Below, in pieces: positions 30,101 through 39,200 of a stretch of DNA of 64,000 nt. Every line of letters begins with the position of its first letter. Position 1 is the first letter of the stretch. Source of the DNA: Candidatus Multivoradales bacterium (GTDB lineage Bacteria > Acidobacteriota > Thermoanaerobaculia > Multivoradales > Multivoraceae); assembly GCA_965223325.1 (NCBI GenBank), contig CBDCWI010000002.1, positions 2,528,001-2,592,000 of the forward strand, read 5' to 3'. The notes below the pieces were generated by a model. That model searched no databases. It saw only the letters and a list, made by a program, of their open reading frames with translations, and was not told the origin of the DNA. A program made the position numbers and the translations under genes.

Positions 30101-30222
30101 AGGGCTTCGCATGGGATCAAGGCTTCGCATGGGACCAGGGCTTCGCATGGGACCAGGGCTTCCTGTGGAGCGAGAGTCTCAGCGAGCCGGCGTCGATCAA
30201 CACCTGGGTGCCGCAGGAATAG
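27142..30222 (+). CDS. Secreted S8 (subtilisin-like) peptidase with two inserted DD(A/V)EE beta-sandwich domains and C-terminal QGFAWD repeats
   Basis: Signal peptide, I9-like prodomain, catalytic FVDTG / GHGSH / SAGN / SGTSQA. Confidence 0.93.
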   Translation: MRAHRLTILILAGCLATFAGAQSPPVTAVTDGPQPPTAAGPEHDALSQRYIVLAPDSRTAEHFVEAVGGRTSHVFRVLRGVGADLTLAQTEELSRLPGFRVIADRQVHAQALRSQNVRMTRQIAYGADDAEEKLSTGGVDLGSSDLELATDYSDQMIGLRFQDVQIPQGATITNAYLEFESDNANDTNVSLEIRAQAADNATAFQSARHNLTDRPTTESVIPWTPEPWVESGLLYTSPAVTPIVQEVVDRGAWQAGNSLVVLISGHGIRRAQSFEGKQSGATTLVVDYESPAEETTGGFGGGPGGGFGDEPLATGETHTIAAYILRGADDVEENLSTGEVHINSSDLEMSFDGSRQQLVGLRFDDLPIPAGAKIDMAWLEFRADETNSAPASVLIHAEATADSWSFEDLDYAVSMRPKSTTSKTWTPVPWPEVGAAYPSEDIGPIIQEIVSRKGWRAGNALTLLLTGSGRRTAESFDGGDTPPILRVQYQGVAPTMADVAAGACGKVPGTGASDLRVVALDFDGTTEIEVKVRDGRPHAPLLVDGKMVGCLDKYGDLETKHFAFHIDACHVTVSDGATHLEVEAEDCVAWRDTFYPTLVDAARLHQQGTLGRTSIAFVDTGIANAHDWGQISYDVVAFYDAIADRTHSDQGAFDDAGHGSHIAAVAAGRGVTAEGLYNAVAPAAQIVAVRAFDADGSGSYLDVIRGIEWTIQNASRYGIRVLNLSFSAPVQSFYWDDPLNMAVMAAWDAGLVVVASAGNHGPDPMTIGVPGNVPYVITVGAISDAYTPDDSSDDFLTTFSAAGPTFERFVKPDVVAPGGHMLGLMDFQDTLARTHPEFHDGPRGVPYFTMSGTSQAAAVVSGIAALMLDDEPTLSPDDVKCRLMATARPALAGDGSLAYSVFQQGAGLVNALDAVRTSVTGCANQGLNIGHDLSGAQHYGGLANQDEYGNYVLEGVQGFAWDQGFAWDQGFAWDQGFAWDQGFAWDQGFAWDQGFAWDQGFAWDQGFLWSESLSEPASINTWVPQE
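30010..30171 (+). repeat. Coding tandem repeat: 9 x 18 bp (8 x QGFAWD + QGFLWS)
   Basis: Units CA(G/A)GGCTT(C/T)GC(A/C)TGGGA(T/C) are contiguous with no spacers. Differences among the first 8 units are all at third codon positions. Confidence 0.97.
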
Positions 30223-30439
30223 ACAGAGGCCGCCCCCACGAAGGGAGCCGCGGTTTCGCAACCAGCTCGAGACCCATTGAACGAGACCCTCGTTCGCGGT
30301 GAGTCGTGTGCGCGCACCCTCGCACAATCCCAAGGGAGTTCCTCCGAAACCAGCGCCATGTGCTGTAATGAGGAGCATTAGGTCCAATTGATGGCTGCTC
30401 CCTCCTCGCGGAGGCCTGAAGCCTTCCGGGAGGAATACC

Positions 30440-31957
30440 GTGACGAAAGCGGCCGCTCGCGTCCCTGCCACCATCTTCGTGATCGGGTTGCTTCTCCAAT
30501 CAGTTGCCGGCGCCGGTGCCGGCGCCGAGGAGATTCGCCCTGGGGTTTTGAGGACCCCTGATGCGCGCTTCGAGAACCTCCCCGGTTTCGACTTCGAGCC
30601 TCGCTACCGCGAGATCAACGGCTATCGCGTGCACTACCTCGACGAGGGCCCGGCGAACGGTGAGGTGGTGCTCTTGATCCATGGTGAGCCGACCTGGTCG
30701 TACCTCTATCGCAAGATGATTCCGGTGCTCAGCGCCGCCGGCTATCGCAGCATCGTTCCGGACCTGATCGGCTTCGGCCGTTCCGACAAACCGGTCTCGA
30801 TGGACACCCACACCTATTCCTTCCACGTCGATGCCATGGCGCAGCTGACGAAGGAGCTCGAGCTTCGCGATGTCACCCTCTTTGGGCAGGACTGGGGTGG
30901 GCTCATCGGCCTACGGGTGGCGGCGGAGAACGAAGCGCTCTTCGCGCGCATCGTGGTTGCCAACACGGGGCTACCGATCGGCCGGGCGGAGTCGCTCGAG
31001 GCCCTGCCAGCAGACAGCGCTTTCGTTCAGTGGAAGAAGACCAACCAGGCAATGATTGACCGTGGCGACATGGCGGTGGGCCAGCTCGTCGCCCGCAGCT
31101 CGGGCGACCCGACGGTCGCCGCGGCCTACGATGCACCGTTCCCCGAACCGCGCTACAAAGCAGGTCCCCTGATCATGCCGCAGCGGGTGCCGATGTTTCA
31201 GAACGACCCGGCCAACGAGGCCAACCGTCGGGCATGGGAGGTCTTCTCTCAGTGGAGGAAGCCCTTTCTCACCGCCTTCAGCGACAGCGACCCGGTCACT
31301 CGCGGCGGCTACGCTGTCTTCCAGGATCGGGTTCCGGGCGCGAAGGGCCAGAAGCACACCACGATCGTTGGAGCGGGCCACTTCCTTCAGGAGCAGAAGG
31401 GCCCCGAGCTCGCCCGGGTAATCACCCAGTTCATCGCCGACAACCCGTTGCCAACCAAGCAGGCAAGTGTGACGGCCGACGACATTCCGGTCGCCAAGAC
31501 GCCACCCGGCTACTGGAAGGCCATGCCGGCACCAGTCCTCGCCCGTTGCAACGAGCCGCTCTCCAAAGACGCGATCGATATGCGCGGTACCTGGAAGGTG
31601 GTCGAGGTCGAGGCTGGGGGCGCAGCGGCGGAGCGCTTCCTGGGCAATCTGCAGCGCATCGAGCAGTGCGGCAACCGGGTGGTGATTTCGTCCGGCGGTG
31701 TTACCCACGACATGCGTGCCGACGGCACCTATGAGAATGGCGTCAACGACGTCGGAGCGCCTTCAACCGGCGGCCGGGAGATCTCGGTGGCGGCGAGTTT
31801 CGAGAACAGTGTGCACGTTCTGCGCCCTCAGGGAATGCCCGGCATGACGGTCGAACGTGAACTGAGGGACGGTGATTTGATCTGGCGCTACGGCCCAACG
31901 ATCACCCTGCGCCTGAAACGTGTTGACCATGCGAATAAAGCGAACGAATCGAGCTGA
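30440..31957 (+). CDS. Haloalkane dehalogenase with signal peptide and a fused ~160-aa C-terminal domain
   Basis: LRTPDARF, HGEPTWSYLYRKMI, QDWGG nucleophile, SDSDPVT, GHFLQE. An extra domain starts at ADDIPVAKTPPG. Confidence 0.88.
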   Translation: MTKAAARVPATIFVIGLLLQSVAGAGAGAEEIRPGVLRTPDARFENLPGFDFEPRYREINGYRVHYLDEGPANGEVVLLIHGEPTWSYLYRKMIPVLSAAGYRSIVPDLIGFGRSDKPVSMDTHTYSFHVDAMAQLTKELELRDVTLFGQDWGGLIGLRVAAENEALFARIVVANTGLPIGRAESLEALPADSAFVQWKKTNQAMIDRGDMAVGQLVARSSGDPTVAAAYDAPFPEPRYKAGPLIMPQRVPMFQNDPANEANRRAWEVFSQWRKPFLTAFSDSDPVTRGGYAVFQDRVPGAKGQKHTTIVGAGHFLQEQKGPELARVITQFIADNPLPTKQASVTADDIPVAKTPPGYWKAMPAPVLARCNEPLSKDAIDMRGTWKVVEVEAGGAAAERFLGNLQRIEQCGNRVVISSGGVTHDMRADGTYENGVNDVGAPSTGGREISVAASFENSVHVLRPQGMPGMTVERELRDGDLIWRYGPTITLRLKRVDHANKANESS

Positions 31958-31978
31958 GACTCGGACAGGGAAACGAAA

Positions 31979-32482
31979 ATGAAGCACAAGAAGAACCAAC
32001 CCACCCGCCGCGATCTCCTCCTCTCGAGCGGAGCAGCAACCGGCGCCGTGGCCACCGCTCTGGCGGGCGGACTGCTGCTGACCCCAGACAGCGCCGCAGC
32101 GCACGAAGTGGAGATCAACGCGATGGGACCGACGCCTGAACAGGTTCAGCAGTTCCTGGCGCTACCCGAGGGACCGATCGTGATGGTCAACCTGCTCAAG
32201 TTCAAGCCCGACGGCGGCCGCGAAGAGTACGCGAAGTACGGCATGAAGATCGCTCCCATCCTCGAGAAGATCGGTGCCCGGGTGCTCTTTTCCGGTGAGG
32301 CAAAGGTGTGCTTGATCGGCAGTGGCAACTGGGATTCCGTGGCGCTGGTCGAGTACCCCGACCGCACTGCGCTCCTCGAGATGTCGCGCTCGGAGGAGTA
32401 CCAGGCCATTCACCACCATCGCGCCGCCGGCCTCGCGGGCCAGGTGAACTACGCAGTTGCTCAGACGGCTGGCATCGGCTGA
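31979..32482 (+). CDS. DUF1330-like protein with twin-arginine signal
   Basis: TRRDLL..hydrophobic..AAA-H signal; GPIVMVNLLKF, WD.VALVEYP, Y..I..HR.AGL. Confidence 0.8.
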   Translation: MKHKKNQPTRRDLLLSSGAATGAVATALAGGLLLTPDSAAAHEVEINAMGPTPEQVQQFLALPEGPIVMVNLLKFKPDGGREEYAKYGMKIAPILEKIGARVLFSGEAKVCLIGSGNWDSVALVEYPDRTALLEMSRSEEYQAIHHHRAAGLAGQVNYAVAQTAGIG

Positions 32483-32587
32483 GGGCGACAGAGGCGGCCA
32501 TTGCGACTGGCCTAAGCAGCTGCAGCTCGCTTGAAGGGAGGATCCTTCTCGCAACGTTTGGCGCTCGAGGAGCATCATGCTTCTTGT

Positions 32588-33193
32588 ATGCCAGCGAAGA
32601 CGACCAGCCGCCCGCACGACCAGCGGCACAGCCCAACGGCCAACGGGCTGATCGAGAAGATCGCGGCCGGAGATCGGCGCGCGGAGCAAGACCTGTACAA
32701 CCTCCTGGTGCGGCGGGTCATTGCCCTCGTCTATCGCATGACGGGAAACCGCGAAGCGACCTGGGACCTCACTCAGGAGACCTTCCTGGCGGTCTACCGC
32801 GCCGCCCCCACCTGGCAGGGGCGCGGCTCCGCCGAGGCCTGGGTCTTGCGCATCGCTGGCAACCTGGCGCGGCAGGCGTATCGCTCCGACGATCGCCGTC
32901 GACGTCTGGTCGAAGGCTACGCTCGTTCGACACACCCTGATCGGACCGCTGGCGGAAGCCTGCAGGCGGTCGACCGCCTGGTTGTTCGAGAGGCCCTGGC
33001 GCAACTACCCGCGGCGCTTCGACAAGTGGTGGTTCTGGCGTTGGTCGACGGCCTGAGCCACGAAGAGATCGCCAGCGGCCTCGATATCGCTGTCGGCACC
33101 TCGCGGGCGCGGCTCTCCCGCGGCCGCGACGCCCTCCGCCGCATGCTCTCGCAGACTTCCGACCCACTCCCGACAGGAGATGACAATGAGTGA
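32588..33193 (+). CDS. ECF RNA polymerase sigma factor
   Basis: GDRRA..DLY, DLTQETFL, WVLRIA.N, L...LR.VVVL...GLSHEEIA..L.IAVGT.RARLSRGR. Start uncertain (32531/32588). Confidence 0.9.
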   Translation: MPAKTTSRPHDQRHSPTANGLIEKIAAGDRRAEQDLYNLLVRRVIALVYRMTGNREATWDLTQETFLAVYRAAPTWQGRGSAEAWVLRIAGNLARQAYRSDDRRRRLVEGYARSTHPDRTAGGSLQAVDRLVVREALAQLPAALRQVVVLALVDGLSHEEIASGLDIAVGTSRARLSRGRDALRRMLSQTSDPLPTGDDNE

Positions 33194-33806
33194 GCGAAGG
33201 ATCGATGAACGCATTCGCAACCATGCGGAGCCGGTTCCAGAGTTCGACGTCAGAGCACTCGGCGAGCAGCTCGAAGAGCGTCGAAGCGCCGAACTTTTCG
33301 AGGGCCCTGGCGCTCGCAGCACGACCACGTCTCCGCCGCGAGGGTGGCGTCTCCTTCTCCACGCCGCGGCGCTGGTGATGGTCTTCTCCCTGGGCGGAGT
33401 CGTCGGCTCGACACTCGAGAACAGGAAGGTGCCCAGCGAGGAACCCCACGGCCAAACTGCAGGCGACAGAGTCTCGTTTTCCCCACCGACCGACGTGGCG
33501 CTCGAAATCCAGGCTTCGGGAACTGCGCTCCAAGAGCTCCTCGGCGGTGTCCCTGCCAGCGAACTCGACCTGCAACACCGTCAGCGAGTCGAAGAAGCCG
33601 TCTTCGCATTGATGCACGGTCTCGCCCACGAAACGAGTCGGCTGGGGGGGGCTTCACCTCACCCCCTCTCGCAACGACTCGAGGAGCTGATCGCGCGTCA
33701 TCGTTTTGCCGCTGCAGGTCTTGCGGCCGCGGCTCCGAACGTGCCTGGCACAACGAGCACCAACCCGGATGCGGGAATCGCTGGTAAGGCCAGAGGTGGT
33801 TCGTGA
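33186..33806 (+). CDS. Putative single-pass anti-sigma factor
   Basis: Overlaps the sigma stop, AGGAG RBS, one TM (LLLHAAALVMVFSLGGVVG). Confidence 0.6.
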   Translation: MSERRIDERIRNHAEPVPEFDVRALGEQLEERRSAELFEGPGARSTTTSPPRGWRLLLHAAALVMVFSLGGVVGSTLENRKVPSEEPHGQTAGDRVSFSPPTDVALEIQASGTALQELLGGVPASELDLQHRQRVEEAVFALMHGLAHETSRLGGASPHPLSQRLEELIARHRFAAAGLAAAAPNVPGTTSTNPDAGIAGKARGGS

Positions 33807-34324
33807 ATCGCCCGCCGCATCGAGACCGATCTTCCCAGGCGTGGCTCGCCTCAGGGTTCGTCCTGCTCTTTCTCATGGCAGTGGTGGCCGCGCCGTCGCG
33901 GGCCGCAGAGGGCGACTGCGAATCCGGCCTCGTTGGTATCGGTGTAGGGCTCTTTCAGTGTCCGGGTGGAATCTGTCTCAAGCGGCCAGAGAGCCCCAAT
34001 GGGCAACGCGGCGTCCGCTGGCAGTTCTCCGTCGAACCGCGTTTGTTTGGAATCGATGCCGACATCGGGCGAGGCCTGGCGGACGGCGATCGTCTGGTTT
34101 CGGTCGGTGGGCTGCTGGTGACTTCGCCCGAAGGAGGTGTGCTCCTGGGCACGCTCAGCGACGGCCAGCATGTCGAGGTCGTCGTCCGTCGCCCGGACGG
34201 CTTACACCGGCTCCTGATCGAAGCAAGAACGATGTGCTCTAAACAGCGCCTGGTGGTCACATCAACTGCCGGCGAGGCGTTCTCGTTCCTCGAAGTCGAC
34301 GCGGAGAAGGACGGACGGCGATGA
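33803..34324 (+). CDS. Secreted PDZ-like protein
   Basis: Signal peptide, GLADGDRLVSVGG..VT...V.V.VRR (PDZ pattern), four Cys. GTGA/ATGA overlaps at both ends. Confidence 0.65.
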   Translation: MNRPPHRDRSSQAWLASGFVLLFLMAVVAAPSRAAEGDCESGLVGIGVGLFQCPGGICLKRPESPNGQRGVRWQFSVEPRLFGIDADIGRGLADGDRLVSVGGLLVTSPEGGVLLGTLSDGQHVEVVVRRPDGLHRLLIEARTMCSKQRLVVTSTAGEAFSFLEVDAEKDGRR

Positions 34325-36219
34325 GCCGCCGATCCTGGCTACCTCTTGCGTCCCTTGGAGTCGCCTCTCTCATCGGCTGTTGGCAGCAATCGGACTCGAT
34401 GTCTGGAGCTCCCACCGCCACTTCAGCCGAAACGGCGACGCTCGAGGAGTACCTCAATCGCGTCGAGGCATACGGTTTCGCCGGCTCGGTCATCGTCGGC
34501 TACCGCGACGAAGTGATCCTAGAGCGCGGCATCGGCCCGCGCACCTGCGACGGCACGGCGACCGTTGACGGGGAAAGTCTCTACTTCGTCGCTTCTCTCT
34601 CCAAGGCGTTCACAGCCATGGCGGTCCTGAGATCAGTCGAGCGCGGCGACATCGACCTCAGCGACGGCATCGCAGAACTCCTCGGCCACCAGGTCGAGGT
34701 TCCCGCTGCGGCGCGCGCCATCACACCGCTCCACCTCCTCACGCACCGTTCGGGCCTCGCCCCCCTCGACCTCGACCAACGCGAACGTGCCAAGAGTGCG
34801 ATCGACTTCGTCCGGGTCGCGTTCGAGAAGCCTCTGCAGTTCGAGCCCGGTGAAAGGGTCCGCTACTCGAACACTGGCTACTCCCTCCTGGCAGCCGCGG
34901 TGGAGCTCCGTTCGGGCATCCCTTTTGCCGACTTCCTCGCCGACGAGGTCCTAGAACCAGCAGGCCTCTCCAGCACCACTCTCGTCGACACCAAGGGAAC
35001 GAGCGATACGCCCGCTCGAGAGCCAGGCAAGCACCATGCGCGCGCCTGCCGTGCGGGAGTCGACCAGGGCGGACCACTTCTCTCTCATCGGGAGACCCTC
35101 GGATTCGCAGACCTGGGCGCAGTCGGCGTCGTATCCAACGCCCGCGATCTATCGCGCTGGGTGCGCTGCCTGGCAACGGACTGCCTTCTCGCCGGCACGA
35201 CCCGGAGCACGGTCGACGAACAGCTCGCCCACGCGCGCCGCACCTGGAACGCACCAGCAGGCCGCGGCTTCGGCTTCGGCTGGGTCAGCGATCGCACCCC
35301 GCACGGGGAACCGCGCCTCTGGCACGACGGTCTACTCCTGCCCGAGGGATGGAACGGTCAGATTCGTCTCTACCCAGTGAGCGGACTTCACCTGGTGGTA
35401 CTGAGTGGCCAGCATGCCGAGCAGCCGCGCGGGTGGGAAGTCGCGCGTAACCTCGAGCGGCTGATCTTCGGCGGCTCTGTCGACTGGCCACCTTCGCCGA
35501 CCGACGGGCAGGGCGCCGGGAGCGGATCACCTAGCGCCATCGAGCCGGGTCGCTACGACCTGCGCGGCGGCGGCGAACTAGAAATCGTTCGGCTGCAGAA
35601 CCGCTACACGCTCGAGCCACACGGCCAGGCGGCCGTCGACCTGGTGCGGCAGGCTAGCGACGAGCAGCGCCTGGTTCACCAGGAGCGCAACGAAGCGAGC
35701 CACGACATCCTTTCGCGCCTCTGGCGTGGCGATTTCGAAGGCGTTCAGAAACGCTACGCCGGACGACCGCTCGAGCAGTGGCGACCTCGAACAGAGAAAA
35801 CGCTAGCCTGGCTCGCCGAGCGCTTCTCCAGCGGAGCCACTCGCGAGACCCCGCCCCAGATTGAGGTCATTCATACGGTGTCGCTTGGCGAAGATGGGCC
35901 ACAGGAAACCTACATCCGACTCGTGGCGACCGCCACATTAGCGCCCGAGGGCGAGACCGCACCCCCCCTCGTCCTGCGCGTCGTATGGTTCGACGGTCGC
36001 TTCGTCGGCATGTCCGATCGCGGCGCCTTCCTCGGCAAGACCCCATCGGTCGAAGTACTGCCCGGGCCGATCGTCCTGGCCGGACCTTCAGCCGAAGGCG
36101 TCTACCGGGCCTGGGATGCCGCAACTCTCAGATCCTTCGAGGTCCGTCCGCTTACGAAAGGCGAGTTCGAAGTACATGCCGGCGAAAGAATCGTCATCGC
36201 CCGGCTACGCGCGCTGTAG
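34321..36219 (+). CDS. Serine hydrolase lipoprotein (class C beta-lactamase-like)
   Basis: Lipobox LIGC, ASLSK (SxxK), LLTHRSGL, FEPG..RYSNTGY, WHDG. Confidence 0.9.
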   Translation: MSRRSWLPLASLGVASLIGCWQQSDSMSGAPTATSAETATLEEYLNRVEAYGFAGSVIVGYRDEVILERGIGPRTCDGTATVDGESLYFVASLSKAFTAMAVLRSVERGDIDLSDGIAELLGHQVEVPAAARAITPLHLLTHRSGLAPLDLDQRERAKSAIDFVRVAFEKPLQFEPGERVRYSNTGYSLLAAAVELRSGIPFADFLADEVLEPAGLSSTTLVDTKGTSDTPAREPGKHHARACRAGVDQGGPLLSHRETLGFADLGAVGVVSNARDLSRWVRCLATDCLLAGTTRSTVDEQLAHARRTWNAPAGRGFGFGWVSDRTPHGEPRLWHDGLLLPEGWNGQIRLYPVSGLHLVVLSGQHAEQPRGWEVARNLERLIFGGSVDWPPSPTDGQGAGSGSPSAIEPGRYDLRGGGELEIVRLQNRYTLEPHGQAAVDLVRQASDEQRLVHQERNEASHDILSRLWRGDFEGVQKRYAGRPLEQWRPRTEKTLAWLAERFSSGATRETPPQIEVIHTVSLGEDGPQETYIRLVATATLAPEGETAPPLVLRVVWFDGRFVGMSDRGAFLGKTPSVEVLPGPIVLAGPSAEGVYRAWDAATLRSFEVRPLTKGEFEVHAGERIVIARLRAL

Positions 36220-36277
36220 TGTTCCCCGGGGTCATCCTCCGAGCCGTCACTCACCGGCGCGAACCCACGCTTCCGAT

Positions 36278-39200
36278 CTACTGGTCCTCCGGCAGAAGTA
36301 GAGCCGGGTCGCCCAGAATGTTGTAGGTCTCAAAGGGGTTGACCGACGAGAACTGTCCCGAGACGCCCGCGAAGGCGCCGATCACGGCGTCACCCAGGGT
36401 CACCGCCTTTCCTTTCCAGACGGCCTGGAACAGGGCGCGGTCGAGCGCTGCGCCTTGACGGTTGATCGACACGCCGCTCGGCGAGAACACCGCGACGGCC
36501 CCACCTTCAGGTGCGAGAACCAGCTCGGTGCCAAGGGCGGGATAGCCGGGAACTTCAAAGCGCCCTGCGACACAGGTCATCGCCGAGAAGATTGTTCCCG
36601 AGCGTTCGGCGCCGAGCAGGCTCACGTCAGCACTGGTCAAAAGACCCTCTGCTGCGAAGCGGTCGACGCCACCGTGGCCTATGTAGTTGACCCAGAAGTT
36701 CGTCGCCTCGAGCTCCTCGAAAAGAGCCCCTCGGGCGTCAGAGAGAGACAGGTCCGAGAGGTAGACGCGTTCGATGTTGGTTGAGGGCTCGACCAACCGC
36801 ACCAGGGTCTCGCTGTCCGCTGGGAAATCGCCGACGCTGGCGTCGGTGTTGTCGGCCAGCAGGATCACCTGGCCGCGTTCACCCCTGGACTCGAAGGCCT
36901 CGAGCTTCTCGCGGTAGGCGTCGAGCTCGGCCATGGTGTGGACCGGGATGCGACCGACCGCGATCTCGGGCACACCGTCGTCCTCGCCCGCAACGTCACC
37001 CATCGCGAGATCTCCGGCAAAGAGACCGTTGCGCCGCACCGCGCGCAGAAGCGGCGGCATTGGCTCGAGACCCGTACCGAGCACGTCACGGTAGTCGTAG
37101 GTTCCGGCGCCGATGAGGACCGCGTAGCGCGGCTTGTTGTGCCAGTTGTGGTACGCCGCAGCAAGGAAGTCTCGAATGGCACGCGGGTCCCGGTCGCCGT
37201 GACTGAACTGGCCGTAGATGTCTTCGACATCGAAGACCAGGGTTCCCATTTCGCGCCGGTCACGTGTTCTGGCGAGGCGCTCGGCCGCCGGGCGTAGCGC
37301 GGCCGGTGTGATGACGATGTAGTCGGCACCTCCAAGGCGCAGGAGGTCCTTCTCTTCGCGCGGCTGGAAGACCTCTGGAGTGAGCACAGCGCTGGATGCC
37401 ACCGCCAGGTACTCGCCTCCCGGTTCCGGTCCGAAGAGGACTCGATACCTACCCGAGGAAAGATGGGGATTCGTAGCAAGTGCTCGCGCTCGCAGGGGGT
37501 CGCTCACCTCGAAGAGCATTACGTCGCCCTTGGTGAACCCGCCAACTGCAAGACTCGACGAGCTCTCGGCACGGAAGCGCAGGCGGTCTTCATGGGCGGC
37601 CAGGTGACGAGGATAGGTCAGATCAAAACTGTTGATGTAGAAGATGCTCTTGTCGGCCTCGCCGTCGAGCAAACCGGTGACCTGAATCTGATTGGCGCCG
37701 TCCTCGAGCATGCTGGACGGGAAGTCGAATCCGAACGTCCGGCGGCCACGACCCTTCCAGGCGTAGTCACCGAGGTAGGCGTCGTTGAGGTAGAGCTCGA
37801 TGTGATGCTCACGGTCAACACCGGTGCTACTGGCAGAGAAGACCTCGAGGTCGAGCCTTGCGGTCCCGCCGACGTTGGCCAGCTGCTCCACTAAGACGTC
37901 ATAGCTGTGACTGCCCGCCACCGGGTTGCCAGCCACCACTGCTGACCAGTACCAGAAGTCCTCGAGCGCGTGGTTCGCCGCCGCCGTTGCCCCCAGCACG
38001 TCCTCTTCGAAGTGAACCGTCGATTGGAAGTCGGTCACACTCACCAGGCCGGTGGTCGCCGGCAACACCTTCTGCATGAGCACACCGTTGCCGATGCGCA
38101 ACTGGTAGTTCGTCGTGTCGGAGAAGATCGAGCTCGACGGGGTCGCGACGAAGTAGAAGCCCTGGCTGTCGGCTGCCGGGTGAATGGCAACCAGATCGCC
38201 CGCCCGCGTCAGCTCGAAACGCCCCTCGGCAAGGTAGGACTCGAGGTGGCGGCCAAGACGCCCGAGATGAGGTCTCAACTCGTCGAGCGCGACGAAGACC
38301 AGACCCGCGCCATCGGGATGATCGACACGCACGCCGATATCGAAGATCGCGTTCTCGAAGCTCTCGAAGGGAGCAATGAGCGGTCTCGTCGGCCGGCGGC
38401 CAGCGCCCTGCCTGGCGTTCTGTTCGAGGGATTCGAGACCACGGTCGTCGCCCCGCTCCCGGTTCACACCACGTGCCGGCCGGCGGACATGCGGCTCGCG
38501 CGCGAGCGCTTGCATCGCCTTCTCGAGCGGTTGGCGGTTTCCCGGGGGTTCGAGGGTTGCAAAGAAGGGCCCGTGGACCCGCTCGGCACCCGAAGCTTCG
38601 ATCTCGACCACCGCGTAGTAGCTGCCGTCGGCCTCTGGCCAGTGGTTGGCCGCCATACGGTAGTGACCGCCCTGCGGTTCGCCGGCTGAAGGAACCACAT
38701 CGTCGGCCAGGTGGACCCACTCCTCGGTGTCGGTCTTCCACTGCATGAGGTAGAAGGCAACCGTACCCACCTCAGACGCCGTCGACCACTCCACCACCGG
38801 CACGCCGCCGTCGTTGTAGACGCGGAAGTCGGACGTCAATGCCATGGTGACGGTGTCGAAGCCGAAGTCGTTGTTCGGGTCGTCGAAGCCAGTGCCGACG
38901 AAGACCGAGCGTTCGAGGTTGTCGGTGGTCAGCGCGGTCGAGGCGGGCAAGGTCGACGGCTCGACCTCGAGCACGTAGGGGCCACCAGACAGCAGGCCGA
39001 ACTCGAAGTCGCCATTGCTGTCGGTGGTGACCGAACGCACCAGGGGATCGGTCGAGTCGATGACCCCGTCGTTGTCCTGATCGAAGTACAGGTTGACGGT
39101 GGCGTTCTGCCAGCCGGTCTCCGTCGGGTGGTAGAGGCCGTCGCTGTTGTCGTCGAGGAAGACGGTGCCCAGAATGGTGTTCGTTCCGGCACCGTTCGAC

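Noticed and set aside
30010-30171. Possible CRISPR array
   Set aside because: The 18-bp units are contiguous with no spacers, in frame within a CDS, and vary only synonymously. No cas genes are present.
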